54,112 nucleotides of DNA, from IMG/VR virus record IMGVR_UViG_3300049008_000030, positions 1 through 54,112 of that record; one strand, 5' to 3'. The notes under the pieces are model-generated. The model was given only the letters and a program-made list of their open reading frames with translations, searched no databases and was not told the DNA's origin. This stretch comes from a virus (taxonomy: Duplodnaviria > Caudoviricetes). Each line of letters opens with the position of its first letter. Position 1 is the first letter of the stretch. The position numbers and the translations under genes are program-made. This document shows, piece by piece, positions 20,901 to 28,199 of the stretch.

Positions 20901-23239
20901 TAATGCTTAAGACTGACATGAGTAGCTTGATTGATCATGGATATGCTTGGGATAAGATGTTTGGGCTACTTAAAAGTAAATCCAAGTTGGCTACAGAAAT
21001 TAAATCTGTAGAACAACAGTTGCAAGCAGCAGCACCTAGTAACTTTGACTACTATAAAACACAGGCTGCAACCTTGGGTTACATGATGGTTAATGGTCAA
21101 CCTCTTAAGTGGGGTACAAAGATTAACGCTGTTAACATTGCACACTTAGGTGGTACAGGTAAAACAATAGAGGGTGACTTAGCAGCTATTGAAAAGTATG
21201 TTGATATTCTTGCTTCGCTACATGCTATCAAGTACTCAGATAAAGATCATGTTAAAGACTTTGTAACTGTAGCTGAGAGAGAGTTTGCTAAGGATAAAGA
21301 TAACAATGGGGTGATGTTAAGTTACTTGGTTCATAAAGACTTGAAAGCCAGAGCCTTAGAAGAGTCTTTTGAAGGTCAGAAAGAGCTGATGTTTAAGGGT
21401 TATACCAAGGAGATTTATAATCCAAGAGTTAGTATTGAGGTGGCCCCGGATAATGCGTATCTTGACCTCAAAGTTGATAAGCTTGGTAATGTTATATCAA
21501 CTGAGACAAAAATGAAGGCTAAGGGGTATATCAAAGTGAGGGGTGCTATGTCTAAAGACCCTACTGATCTAAACAAAGAACCTATGAGTTTGTATGTCAA
21601 TAAAGATGGTGATACAGCTACCTTTAATAAGATGGGAGTATCGTTGACTAGCAACAGACGTAAAGGCCATGATCTAGGTGCTGGTTACTCTAGTATGGGT
21701 GTGATTAATCCTGCTTTACTTGGTTCGTGGGATACTGCCCATGCTACGTCAAAAGGACAGAAGATACTTGCTAGTGCTGACTATGCTGATTTATCTAAGA
21801 TAGATAACAATAATCTATTGGTTCCTGTTGAGAACGCACAGCATGAGATTGTGGGTTATCGGTATTTAATGAATGAAGCTACTAAGGATGACCTATTAGA
21901 TAAGGAAAATGGTTTTGCTAAAGTCTTAGGGGCTATGGAAGGGAGTATTGTAGATAAGCGGAACTCTAAGCAGATTAACAACGAAGTCGTTAATTTAATG
22001 CGCGAAGATTTCTTGGCTAACTATGAGAAAGATCCAGACTTGTTTATTAAGTTTAGTTCCCATTCACAAAATGCCGATGATCGTGAGCTGTATGCCATGC
22101 TACCTGCTGATATGCGTAAGGAGATTAAAAGGGTTTGGGGGAGTGATGTGATGTATGTCCGAGCCAATATGTTTAGAGCCATTTTCGGTTTCCGTAAGTT
22201 TACGGTTACTGAAGGCTCTAAGGAGGAGGACGAGGCGAATGCTATGCACGAAGGTGTGCTTACCAATTTTAGGATTGCTCTTAGAGATAAGCTTAGAACG
22301 CCTACAGCTAAGAAAGGTGAGATCGCTTTACAAGAAATTGCAAAGGAAGTGAAGGATGCTATTGTTATTAAGTTGGGTGGTACGTTGTATAACAACATCA
22401 TTAGTAATAACTGGTTGTTATGGGTTAAGGGTGTAGGTCGGTTTTCTATCGTGAAAGATCAAGCGATGTTTCTTGATGCTGCTAGGCAGTACCATAAAGA
22501 TGTAGCCAAGCTGATGGAGCTTGAGAGGTCTGTTAGGATTAACCCTAAGCTACAGAATAGTGCTAATGTGAAGGCTAAGATCAATAGTCTTAAAGATCAC
22601 ATGGCTCATAATCCTATTTCCTTCCTGATGGACTCTGGTGTGTCTCAGACAATCATTGAGGATGTTGATACGGATGAGAGCCAGTACACTTACAAGGGCA
22701 TGCTTGAAGAGAAGTTAGCTCCATTAGTTGCAAGAGTACCTAAACCACTAAAGACGCTGGCAAGTATTGCGTACATGAACCATGATACTAAGCTGTATAA
22801 ATTCATGCGTGAAGCCACACAGTTAAGTGATTTGGTAGCTAGGGCTACACTGCATAAGCATAATATAGAAAAGAAGGGTATGAGTGCTGTAGACTCTATT
22901 AATGATATTAAAGATACCTTTATTGACTATGCTGCACCGACCAGTAAGCAGATACAGTATCTTAATGATACTAACTTCTTGTCGTTCACTAAGTTCTTTA
23001 TACGTTCACAGAAGATCATCTATCAGACCTATGCTCATGCACCTGCAAGAGCATTAAGTCTGCTTGGTTTTGAAGATGTGTTTGGTGAGTTATCTACTAT
23101 CAATGATTCAAATATCATTAATACTAGCCTGTTGGGTAGGATCAATAACCCAGTAGCTATGGCAACTGATTTAGTGGTTCCACATACCTTTGGGTTAATT
23201 CCTACAGGTACAGGAGGGGGTTCTTATATACCAGAGTAA
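11918..23239 (+). CDS. Virion-encapsidated RNA polymerase (N4 gp50-like vRNAP)
   Basis: 3773 aa, no Cys found on reading; GR..M...NPQASK..R, motif A EVDGVTNG, motif B RDLAKNPVMITNFG, motif C NVHDA. Confidence 0.96.
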   Translation: MTPESLQPTQGFANTSSGSFVNVSSDGFANTSSDGLLPPDSNTSLLENKMRGVATASDAKKHFLDPSSSIDPTLTSLKYQTVVDGDTLKNKLTGEKSRITQGEEDTGFRFNPWEVKHGDKFDATAAARILDQRKAIAKINGLPLDYIPDSAVYGRGENAKRVFGDLLKETGDFNLVKTGKIDIHDRPVTEIFAPGSDQSLVAPMNTEELNADYNSRHNITGRGINVLKKAAEREEATKYSVSDANRETLLGGAVNLVAGGAVAASDQIYNMAKSPFELLGQFTEHGITNKQRELSAALTTKQEAAGKTGTTYTPTAEEQAILETPAQTFMRENLRPVLNGERNISAKDLMAGLNTVDPLQQSIHEKLQETAFVKENITDKLTAMQEGNRRLYNSAGSDELYKESKGLYNDSVEPTFVEGVQKFKKGHVVDGSLQMVDAIANAGAGILRVGANNKQAVAEEAGKQIINSFAASKALLATALGMYTNTDSEITDNFVKENGRYPEGREVDNIHAASFLSAMADSYTDKWLTSKPGIALAIPREFITEAGQNFLEQDAAKQGASKIDRGEVFASGTIGALAAGGHSVITSPEAAIIEAAQGVGNIAGGAISGAKKAAPTIQWAAQALGDAGREYGNVLPDGLAEGMSDATKAGLAKLTGALTGMPTDSLGSGLKAAGSLAAHATKEGAKAVGGAVGDYLDSAFPISSQAIKDFKASNLVPDKISNAVDAAKQEVTDAVDEVNSSTATPMPMADVLKQASETKDPRQTLKTMLQTGNSPAADTTPEDRKAFVDLATEHNTALVTTALDMGKQDKSGMSEAERQTVVDKQGELLAEFRKNKETIDGIKAFNPEADTTDTDLSIVAKATTPELANHPDTLQAIDRTIRSMRQPNKVSIEQAESLQAKATLTPEQTSVVSAFIATQTAKNELKSMSKVGDEVIYGQKAENGKKGFLGMVEHQAIIADALDQNNIPAAQSALDGFKSFAASQAKKAASLTAMSVAAKAEKFSEVKALDKQFKEDFPTFQPLNNQASTAFLNLANTVGKEADMLTNAVAEAELHIKLGTTEAKAVPVNQEASIITPVGTDNAKLTSSLDSNTTQASGTEQGSDTSIDTGLESALVVDPVINNTTAEQVTTDTSGNAEEESITDPVAKVADATEETTADTTSEGLGKVRSIAEAIAKYYGLPEFSNIFIGDRTAPSGNKSRAWYTHDTANGHSLGLSSEIVSALSSPDARLQAAALETLHHELGHHAAVSLYASASPEVRAAVDADYAKFVEESKTRTPRESIAARNTIIRGQAVRDRVRDPSLPPLTKEQNDYIAGYSIDFQEWLADEGAKYLLDPTSIAKLNPHTQGLIQKIAAYLQELIGKFSKEYAVGGEGVKAFYKELEDRRVLARIKELSKTKNLTKAPPFLIAVIDYIVTSNTSKDYSYKQNNHTISVLEALPDKATNLGTQSLDSTRKFLTGKKLSDYYITKVLDKVSKYSALITTPNFFSTLKDAGVKEALGLTPEQLNGLAALTTFVDKFAETFKEDTFTADREPFSEGLSRNPAFYFMKEKGRDPFDENFVSTLATVAYSWVVNNANNLIQHNDEGINRLLGRDSKSKVSDQERELLSDKQILKSALITSLGKEIVSSLGLTFNTKADGSVESKMVEALGIYAVNTLDHMGILNKSVAIHKNIFLAMKNGKPIPEVKTPATGQNAIYFTGVATTVTPVKDKSYSNTELSEKVQKLVDDNRTSKGLLTELFDYKQQRALPLLVAPTLKDVPKRIKRGIKRIPERVRKALHKYNSNAFTINMGNHTVLDFLEREQQLRIFKYNENLEGVHDVNIKSVQGTNRTAKNELEAYHQLVEHLKLQPEGMSTPMYFMSSVWKSGRAGMEGLINPQASKFFRHMIGMASWESTIDSPEKLELFKIAVAEALGSKVDRQSNETSLEAFDRLRNQPEIRDGVASIKYLNSGVEFSAEQKLAAQEDILAAIEKGGSEMYTLEALTALATYSETESFTTRMTKEVDGVTNGVIIGLIQLGGYRPKELLEFLKAGGLSEDPNFVYGEWVAKNGSMDNYQRIAATLVKYMTTFRKELDAKDKSGIAKEFTTKERGDRDTLDGIEFFIGDLGTANELTKAARDLAKNPVMITNFGSAMKNVVEGLGMGTVENFYSMLEDARDNQVALDKISKQLNKILKLEIPHKILKASYLLDVEDTNENEALKFKLSKNETEKFQKLVATSIGSGMSHSITEHFQPFIDKRKGLNNAMTLVHAAFMIKYDAAYKAARDLKGSNLSKEEVNALVKTLEPSMASFDHAMSDGEMDTELLVASNESKTVLIPDPKRPGEFIPDPAYTVQVNAKKNLPHGPKSVTAHGSVSYFGFPGVGSVIKAIHSSDGAVQYKLMETSSVLNVHDADVSGIDGAMVMAQRQNLAFKEMNEDYSMRASIQKSLLRAMKELTPAEVKQVEALLQITNDKAEGFLGHDFVRAEGEGKSRKTVAKYKTIDAFVTEFTDTTKIDLAAKKALLASIKTWVQYNLNHGGYVVDEDSEAFFATLEEMESSLEQEDAAINAMMKEEIAQMKKAERNRISGKIKSSATEDIDIANFVADSLPITISASTVNSIFDELGKLDNVTDPTSHTENLRTVLNQSIRQVLNPMELLVRKLGQTNSGVLSKGKIYLNLGNAARLHTTDQSAQEVYVHELVHAVTAAALASNYWLRKQARSLYEKVQDQITPESFLDYDGQGNIIVPAGSTEEQTIAKAKAVYDHIFDNNDIAKLSYTNPITNEIVPIQYSNGLLEFVAMGTTNAKFIKILAGINTNKSKRDPLTYADRVYNVFIGAINSVLSLINKTKDPAANVALMKLMHKLANANQVKSNIIMRKFEENGHLEDIVNSKLYKALAYSALTSSQLLKARKNKTLSAVGNMIGLSQDTSFEAYKKVAGKLARRHGNSHRTILSQLVTEAEGITAISSAYLHMLSKSNMLIDQLRRLQAQSVTNQILGSFIVGMPSKSEGIAITKVMLKTDMSSLIDHGYAWDKMFGLLKSKSKLATEIKSVEQQLQAAAPSNFDYYKTQAATLGYMMVNGQPLKWGTKINAVNIAHLGGTGKTIEGDLAAIEKYVDILASLHAIKYSDKDHVKDFVTVAEREFAKDKDNNGVMLSYLVHKDLKARALEESFEGQKELMFKGYTKEIYNPRVSIEVAPDNAYLDLKVDKLGNVISTETKMKAKGYIKVRGAMSKDPTDLNKEPMSLYVNKDGDTATFNKMGVSLTSNRRKGHDLGAGYSSMGVINPALLGSWDTAHATSKGQKILASADYADLSKIDNNNLLVPVENAQHEIVGYRYLMNEATKDDLLDKENGFAKVLGAMEGSIVDKRNSKQINNEVVNLMREDFLANYEKDPDLFIKFSSHSQNADDRELYAMLPADMRKEIKRVWGSDVMYVRANMFRAIFGFRKFTVTEGSKEEDEANAMHEGVLTNFRIALRDKLRTPTAKKGEIALQEIAKEVKDAIVIKLGGTLYNNIISNNWLLWVKGVGRFSIVKDQAMFLDAARQYHKDVAKLMELERSVRINPKLQNSANVKAKINSLKDHMAHNPISFLMDSGVSQTIIEDVDTDESQYTYKGMLEEKLAPLVARVPKPLKTLASIAYMNHDTKLYKFMREATQLSDLVARATLHKHNIEKKGMSAVDSINDIKDTFIDYAAPTSKQIQYLNDTNFLSFTKFFIRSQKIIYQTYAHAPARALSLLGFEDVFGELSTINDSNIINTSLLGRINNPVAMATDLVVPHTFGLIPTGTGGGSYIPE

Positions 23240-23250
23240 ATAGGCTTAAG

Positions 23251-23271
23251 GAGTAGGCTTAATGCCTACTC
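23251..23271. terminator. Hairpin at the convergence of late and middle transcription
   Basis: GAGTAGGC-TTAAT-GCCTACTC between converging stop codons; weak U-tracts. Confidence 0.6.
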
Positions 23272-23272
23272 T

Positions 23273-23713
23273 CTACTCACCTATAATACCGTGTGCTTTT
23301 TCTACTGCTCTAATCAAGGCTAGGACTTCTTTGTCTACTGCAAAACCATCAACCCCATGCACTTCATCATCGAGGGCATATATCTCCTCATCGCTCAATG
23401 GCTCAGGAGCTGGCGGTACCATGTAAAGTGGAATCCAGCCATGTTCCATTTTGCCGCTGTTTTCAAAGTACACTAACCCGGTGGTCGGTTCACAAAACAT
23501 CCAAACAACAGGCTCTTGCTCAGGTTTTGGTGTTGACCATTTTTCTTTTAACATAGCATTTTCTGCTGTTAATCTAGCAACTTGATCTAGCAAGTATTGG
23601 ATGCTATCTTTCTCAGGTTGGGCAAATATTTCCTCGGCTTCATTTATAATATCAATGTAGTCTGCCACATCTGCCTTTACTATCCTAGCCAACAAATCTC
23701 TTTCTTTACTCAT
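23273..23713 (-). CDS. Hypothetical protein (MSKER family paralog 1)
   Basis: 146 aa, GGAG RBS; EQEPV, W.PLY..PP, PLSDEEI, RAVEKAHGI motifs common in phage accessory proteins. Confidence 0.7.
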   Translation of the reverse strand: MSKERDLLARIVKADVADYIDIINEAEEIFAQPEKDSIQYLLDQVARLTAENAMLKEKWSTPKPEQEPVVWMFCEPTTGLVYFENSGKMEHGWIPLYMVPPAPEPLSDEEIYALDDEVHGVDGFAVDKEVLALIRAVEKAHGIIGE

Positions 23714-23724
23714 GACTTAACTCC

Positions 23725-23790
23725 TTAGCAAAACCAAAGCACAATAGATGCAAACAGCAAACACGCACAAAATATATTTTCTTTACTCAT
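23725..23790 (-). CDS. Putative 21-aa hydrophobic peptide MSKENIFCACLLFASIVLWFC
   Basis: Manual translation; GGAG upstream; start overlaps upstream stop. Confidence 0.4.
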   Translation of the reverse strand: MSKENIFCACLLFASIVLWFC

Positions 23791-24044
23791 CATCGACTCC
23801 AAATCTTGTGGTGCGTTTCGGCATCTTTAATGCCTTGTTTGTACCATTTTAAGTTAATCTCATCGCTCTGTTTTAGGGTATAGCTAGTATCAAAGTGCTT
23901 AGTGTTAATTAATTGCACCACTTCTTCATCACTCAAAGGCTCTCGTTTTGGTTGGGCAAGTAGTTCTTTAGTTTCTTTTACTAACTGTCTATTTACATCA
24001 TCATTTAATAGACCATAAAATAATAACTCCCTTTCTTTACTCAT
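23790..24044 (-). CDS. Hypothetical protein (MSKER family paralog 2)
   Basis: Shares MSKER.LL, AQP and EPLSDEE with 23273-23713. Confidence 0.65.
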   Translation of the reverse strand: MSKERELLFYGLLNDDVNRQLVKETKELLAQPKREPLSDEEVVQLINTKHFDTSYTLKQSDEINLKWYKQGIKDAETHHKIWSR

Positions 24045-24406
24045 AACCCCGTCACTCTATAAAAAGTATGCCTACCCACTCTAGCAGTAATCTTGCCATT
24101 AGGTCGCTTGCTACGCTCCCAGCTATCAGCATCCCCCACAATAGATTTGTTAGTGATTGACGACTTTGCCATTGCTTCAAAATGTGGGCGTATCGCAGTT
24201 GGTACGCGCTTGTAAGTTACACCTGATAACTTGCACAGGTTTTTCTTAGAGCGTTTAGCACGGTTAATAGCGGCTGATCCTATACTAACCACGCCGCTAA
24301 TACTTTCACCTTGCGCCTCGCTCCACATGATTTGTGCAAGGCATGCTGTCTCTGATGCTTTGGTTAGCGTTGGTATAAGTAGCAGCGATAGTAATAACAT
24401 TTTCAT
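24041..24406 (-). CDS. SleB/Hydrolase_2-like cell wall hydrolase with signal peptide
   Basis: CLA....EA.GE...G........NR and G.H.FY motifs; MKMLLLSLLLIPTLTKA leader; GAGGA RBS before ATG 24406. Confidence 0.8.
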   Translation of the reverse strand: MKMLLLSLLLIPTLTKASETACLAQIMWSEAQGESISGVVSIGSAAINRAKRSKKNLCKLSGVTYKRVPTAIRPHFEAMAKSSITNKSIVGDADSWERSKRPNGKITARVGRHTFYRVTGL

Positions 24407-24520
24407 AAATATTCCTCTTCTAAACGGTACACCCAACAAGAGTCGAACTTGTATCACCTGTCATCACGGACCTGCGTTTTATCCTATTAAACTATGGGTA
24501 TATATTAGGTAATTGGTGAC

Positions 24521-24664
24521 TTAAAAAGGTAATTCAAAATAAGAATCGTAATCTATATACTCTTCACTATCCTCCTTGCGTTTCTCTCTTTTGCAGGCAT
24601 TGCAAGCGCAACTACCGTCATCCCCTTCGTTCCAGGGCGCTCCGCATTCATTACCTTCGTTCAT
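24521..24664 (-). CDS. 47-aa Cys-containing hypothetical protein
   Basis: Manual translation MNEGNECGAPW...CACNAC...ELPF; ATGA overlap with upstream gene. Confidence 0.5.
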   Translation of the reverse strand: MNEGNECGAPWNEGDDGSCACNACKREKRKEDSEEYIDYDSYFELPF

Positions 24665-24858
24665 AACACTTTCCCGCCTTCAGGTTTTTCGTACAAAGTA
24701 ATCCCTCTGAATCCGATATTGCCGTAACCAAATCTTCGCTCTACATAATCCTTAGTTACGGCTCTGGCGTGATCCTCATCTCTTGCTTCTACAAAAAGCA
24801 CCTGCTTGCCGAAGTTGCAATATGGGACACGCTGCCAAACTACACGGTATTCGCTCAT
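24661..24858 (-). CDS. Hypothetical protein
   Basis: 65 aa; ATGA-coupled, GAGG RBS. Confidence 0.6.
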   Translation of the reverse strand: MSEYRVVWQRVPYCNFGKQVLFVEARDEDHARAVTKDYVERRFGYGNIGFRGITLYEKPEGGKVL

Positions 24859-25097
24859 TTCAACCTCTCTTTAGCTAATTCCTTAGCTGCTGGGATGTCT
24901 GCCGAAGATAAGCTTGCTACACAGGAAGCTATAAGTACTCCCATCATCAGCAACGCTATAAATAGCATCCAAACCTTTACAATTAGCTTTAATATGTTAC
25001 TGATATTATTTGGCTTAACTTTGTTAATTCCATCAGTATCATTGCTAAATTGCTTAACCCAAGCTTTATCAGCCCACTCTTTCATCATTAAATTCAT
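24855..25097 (-). CDS. Hypothetical membrane protein
   Basis: 80 aa, one TM-like segment, GGGGA RBS. Confidence 0.55.
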   Translation of the reverse strand: MNLMMKEWADKAWVKQFSNDTDGINKVKPNNISNILKLIVKVWMLFIALLMMGVLIASCVASLSSADIPAAKELAKERLK

Positions 25098-25281
25098 AGT
25101 ATTCCCCGTATAAAATTAGTGTTTTGTGTGTGAATAAATTACCCAAACCATGAAGGTTATCGACATAAAATAAATGAGTTCACTCATGACTTATTCCACA
25201 CAGCTGCTCTAAATGGGTTTACTTTCTTACGCTGTTTGTTTGTTGGCTTATTCATAACTACTTTTTTGTTAAGTAAATAAA

Positions 25282-25305
25282 ATAAGGGGAGGAAACCCCC
25301 CTTAT
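25282..25305 (-). terminator. Intrinsic terminator
   Basis: ATAAGGGG...CCCCTTAT stem with T-rich tail on - strand. Confidence 0.65.
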
Positions 25306-25327
25306 GCGTTAATTTGCTATATTTCGG

Positions 25328-25621
25328 TTAAGCTACTTCTAATAGTTTTTGTTTGAGCAAGTAGCCCTCTAAAACGCAGATTTTTTCTTTCGCAATAGCT
25401 CTGGCAATCTTACGTCCGATCTCTTCATTGAAGTTTTCAGGGATAGCGCAAGCAGATTCACCGTGAACAGTGAAGCCATTCTTAAGTGTAAGCAGGCAAG
25501 ATGTAAAAGTTGTGCCTTCAAATAAGTGATACTGTTCACCAACAATAACTGCTTCAATATCAGCAGGCATAATCCAGGGCGCAGTTAAGCCCTTGTCTAT
25601 AATTTCTAATTCGCTGTTCAT
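25328..25621 (-). CDS. Phage Gp49/Gp66 family protein
   Basis: CLLTLKNGFTV.GESAC..PENF.EEIGRKIA.....I..LEGYLLK signature. Confidence 0.85.
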   Translation of the reverse strand: MNSELEIIDKGLTAPWIMPADIEAVIVGEQYHLFEGTTFTSCLLTLKNGFTVHGESACAIPENFNEEIGRKIARAIAKEKICVLEGYLLKQKLLEVA

Positions 25622-25678
25622 TAGTTACTCTCATTAAAGTTAATGGGTGTATCGGGAAGCATTACCTTCCCGACTTGG

Positions 25679-25831
25679 CTAAAGCTCTCGTACCGCTTTT
25701 ATTCCTATACCTACTAGGATTATTATTCCCAGTAAGGATAGGAAACCGCCTAAGATGCTAGCAGCAGCAAATATTGCTAATACTAGGATTATTAATCCTA
25801 GTATTGCTGCTCCTTCACATAGCGCAGACAT
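25679..25831 (-). CDS. 50-aa two-TM membrane peptide
   Basis: Manual translation MSALCEGAAILGLIILVLAIFAAASILGGFLSLLGIIILVGIGIKAVREL. Confidence 0.55.
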   Translation of the reverse strand: MSALCEGAAILGLIILVLAIFAAASILGGFLSLLGIIILVGIGIKAVREL

Positions 25832-25838
25832 GGCTGGA

Positions 25839-26201
25839 TTAGTTAAAGATAGTGTTAGGTGCTGCCACTGGTGTGTCTTCCAGTTCCTCTTCTTCAGCCT
25901 CTACTAGATCCAATGGACCTGTAATTTCTTCATCCAAGTCTTCTTCTTCTTCTTCTTCTAGCTTTGCTTCTGCTTTAGTTGCAACAGAGACCAAGTTAGC
26001 TACGTTGTGGTAAGTGTTTTTTACGCCTGTTCCTGTAGGCTTGCTCTTAGGTATGATGTCTACTGTTGCAGTAGTGCCGTTTACGCCTCTACCGGCAGTC
26101 ATGCCTACTTCAACATCTGTGTTTGTAAGATCTATTCCTTGATCGCTTACGAAGCTGACAATGGCTTGTTTAATCTCTGAGCTATCTAGTGTGATTTGCA
26201 T
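25839..26201 (-). CDS. Conserved N4-like protein (follows SSB region)
   Basis: MQI.L...EI..AI..F...G and TAGRG.NG.TA.VDI motif; acidic tail. Confidence 0.7.
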   Translation of the reverse strand: MQITLDSSEIKQAIVSFVSDQGIDLTNTDVEVGMTAGRGVNGTTATVDIIPKSKPTGTGVKNTYHNVANLVSVATKAEAKLEEEEEEDLDEEITGPLDLVEAEEEELEDTPVAAPNTIFN

Positions 26202-26211
26202 TTGTTTTCCT

Positions 26212-26613
26212 TTATGGTTTTAGTGTGGCTGTGATTGTTATTTCTACTCTAGGATTGTCTTTACTGATTTCCCCGAACGATTGTGATGATTCCGAGATAA
26301 AGGTAATTGAGTCATCTATTAGTTTTCCGAGTTCGACTAAAGCGTCCTCGAAAAACTTTTGATGGATAGATACCACGTTACTTACATCGAATTTTCTTTT
26401 ATCTTTTGGGTAAACTGTGTAGTGAATCTTTGCAGTAGTGAACTCTGGTAGTGCATTAATTTGCGCTGCTAGAGTCTTTTTGTATTCTACTTTGGCTTTA
26501 TTCAGTATATGGAAATGAGCATTTCTATAGACGTTTAAATTCAAAATAAACATTTTGTTTTTACTGACCCTCACCCGTAAAGGTGAGGCTATAGTAAATT
26601 TCCTTGTAAGCAT
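26212..26613 (-). CDS. RusA-like Holliday junction resolvase
   Basis: LNLN.YRN, R.FD.SN......KF..DALV..G...DD, NPRVEI motifs. Confidence 0.75.
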   Translation of the reverse strand: MLTRKFTIASPLRVRVSKNKMFILNLNVYRNAHFHILNKAKVEYKKTLAAQINALPEFTTAKIHYTVYPKDKRKFDVSNVVSIHQKFFEDALVELGKLIDDSITFISESSQSFGEISKDNPRVEITITATLKP

Positions 26614-27344
26614 TAATTAAACATACTCGATGCCGGAGCAGGTTTATTTGCTAATGGCGGCATACCTGCTTGCGGTCTGCTAACTCCTGATGCACCTTTG
26701 GCTTTGTTTTGTACAACACCTTTATGGGTGGTTTCCCAAGTAGTATGGAAGGTTGCTGTCTTTTCGCCAGCACGGATTTCAGCAGTCGTTAGACCGTCAC
26801 GAGATCTAAAGAATTTATCAATCTCGTTGATCTCACGGGTTTCGCCTGTTGGCTCATAAGCACCAGTACGGTCATTCTTAGCTGTTTTATCTACGATCTG
26901 TTTCAGTACTCCGACCTTAACTGTAGCGCCTAGTAGATCCATGATCATGTCTACTTCTGTTGGTACTTCTTTGCTGACAGCAGCATCAAAAACTTTGATT
27001 ACCTTTTTAGTAGTATCAAGTTCGGTTATGCTTTTGCTTATAGCTAACAAGCACATAGAATCAACTTGAGAGAAACCAGGTAAGTAATGCTCTGCACCGT
27101 CTTTATCAGTGTAGGTAGTCTTGTTACCCTTGGCATCGCCAGAGGTAATATAGATGGTGCTGCGTAGTGTTTTGTTACCTGATTTTAGTACTAGGTTTAC
27201 GTTCATGGCTCCACCTTTGGATTTACCAACCCAAGCTGTGTCGATGGTCATGTCGTAAATGTCAGAGTCTAACAGGTAGCTTCCGCCGCCTATAGTATCA
27301 GTTTCAGCTACTACGTTGGTAGGTTTAGATAAAGTATTTAGCAT
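26613..27344 (-). CDS. Single-stranded DNA-binding protein (N4 gp45-like)
   Basis: D..GG...L.S..Y, YLPGF, PTGETRE.NEI.K.F, T.AEI motifs; short hydrophobic C-terminus. Confidence 0.88.
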   Translation of the reverse strand: MLNTLSKPTNVVAETDTIGGGSYLLDSDIYDMTIDTAWVGKSKGGAMNVNLVLKSGNKTLRSTIYITSGDAKGNKTTYTDKDGAEHYLPGFSQVDSMCLLAISKSITELDTTKKVIKVFDAAVSKEVPTEVDMIMDLLGATVKVGVLKQIVDKTAKNDRTGAYEPTGETREINEIDKFFRSRDGLTTAEIRAGEKTATFHTTWETTHKGVVQNKAKGASGVSRPQAGMPPLANKPAPASSMFN

Positions 27345-27400
27345 TGTATTGGTTTCCTTGTATTATTTATGTGTTTGTTGTTTATGTTTTTTAAGCAGCT

Positions 27401-27568
27401 TTATTCGCAATCCATGTTTTCTACAACCTCTTTGGCCTGACCAATGAGCTGTTCAATTTCGGTGTCTATGTTAATACAACCTTTAACCATGTTTTCTAAA
27501 TCTGCTAGCATTAAAAGAAGGTTAAAGCGATCTTTCTTGTTTAGCCAGTATTTATTATACTTTTTCAT
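27401..27568 (-). CDS. 55-aa hypothetical protein
   Basis: Manual translation MKKYNKYWLNKKDRF...MDCE fills the gap between ATPase and SSB. Confidence 0.5.
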   Translation of the reverse strand: MKKYNKYWLNKKDRFNLLLMLADLENMVKGCINIDTEIEQLIGQAKEVVENMDCE

Positions 27569-27572
27569 TTTG

Positions 27573-28199
27573 TTAAGTAGCTTTAGCTACTGGGCCGTAG
27601 TACTGTTCAATTCTGTCCAGAACATTCTGAATATCGTTGTCGATGTAAGTCTCTTTTCTTTCCCACATACCTAGTGGACCACGAATACGTTCATTAACTG
27701 TTTCTTTCGTTAGCTTGGTTTGATAGACGTATTTGAATCCGTTGATCTCATCATCTTCTGTAATATCAAGGAGCGCTGATTTCATTTCAGTCAATTTAGG
27801 TAAGGCTACTTTCTTAGTACTGACTACATTGGTGAAGTAACTTTCGATTCCTTGGTTCATTAATGATCCTTTAACCTTTACTAAGGTTTCAGAGATCATT
27901 TCAGATTCATTGAGTACGTCAAGTGTATGTCCAAGGAACACTACTTTCTTAGTAGAGTTGGCTACATACTGTGACATCAAGTTCTTAAAGAACTGAGCGT
28001 ATTCACCCCACATTTTCATACTGTTTGCTGAATTAAGTACGTAGTTGGATTCATACATATCCATTAAGTACGTTACTGTATCCACGATGATAGTATGAAT
28101 CTCTGGATTAGCTTCCGCAGCCGTAAATCCATCATAGACCTGCATAGGATCAGTGATGGTGTAGCTCTTAAACTTGTTGGCGAAGGGTAAACTTTTGTT
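27573..28199 (-). CDS. AAA ATPase (N4 gp44-like), exon 2
   Basis: Walker B IIVDT, WGEYAQFFK, VKGSLMNQGIESYF, ERIRGP.GM; lacks Walker A, which exon 1 supplies. Confidence 0.88.
   Translation of the reverse strand, partial: NKSLPFANKFKSYTITDPMQVYDGFTAAEANPEIHTIIVDTVTYLMDMYESNYVLNSANSMKMWGEYAQFFKNLMSQYVANSTKKVVFLGHTLDVLNESEMISETLVKVKGSLMNQGIESYFTNVVSTKKVALPKLTEMKSALLDITEDDEINGFKYVYQTKLTKETVNERIRGPLGMWERKETYIDNDIQNVLDRIEQYYGPVAKAT

Noticed and set aside
834-22401. Many short antisense or alternate-frame ORFs inside portal, gp57, gp54, gp53 and vRNAP
   Set aside because: Shadow ORFs of long conserved genes; no RBS or motif support
11918-23239. Absence of cysteine in the vRNAP as a novelty
   Set aside because: Known property of N4 vRNAP; used only as supporting evidence
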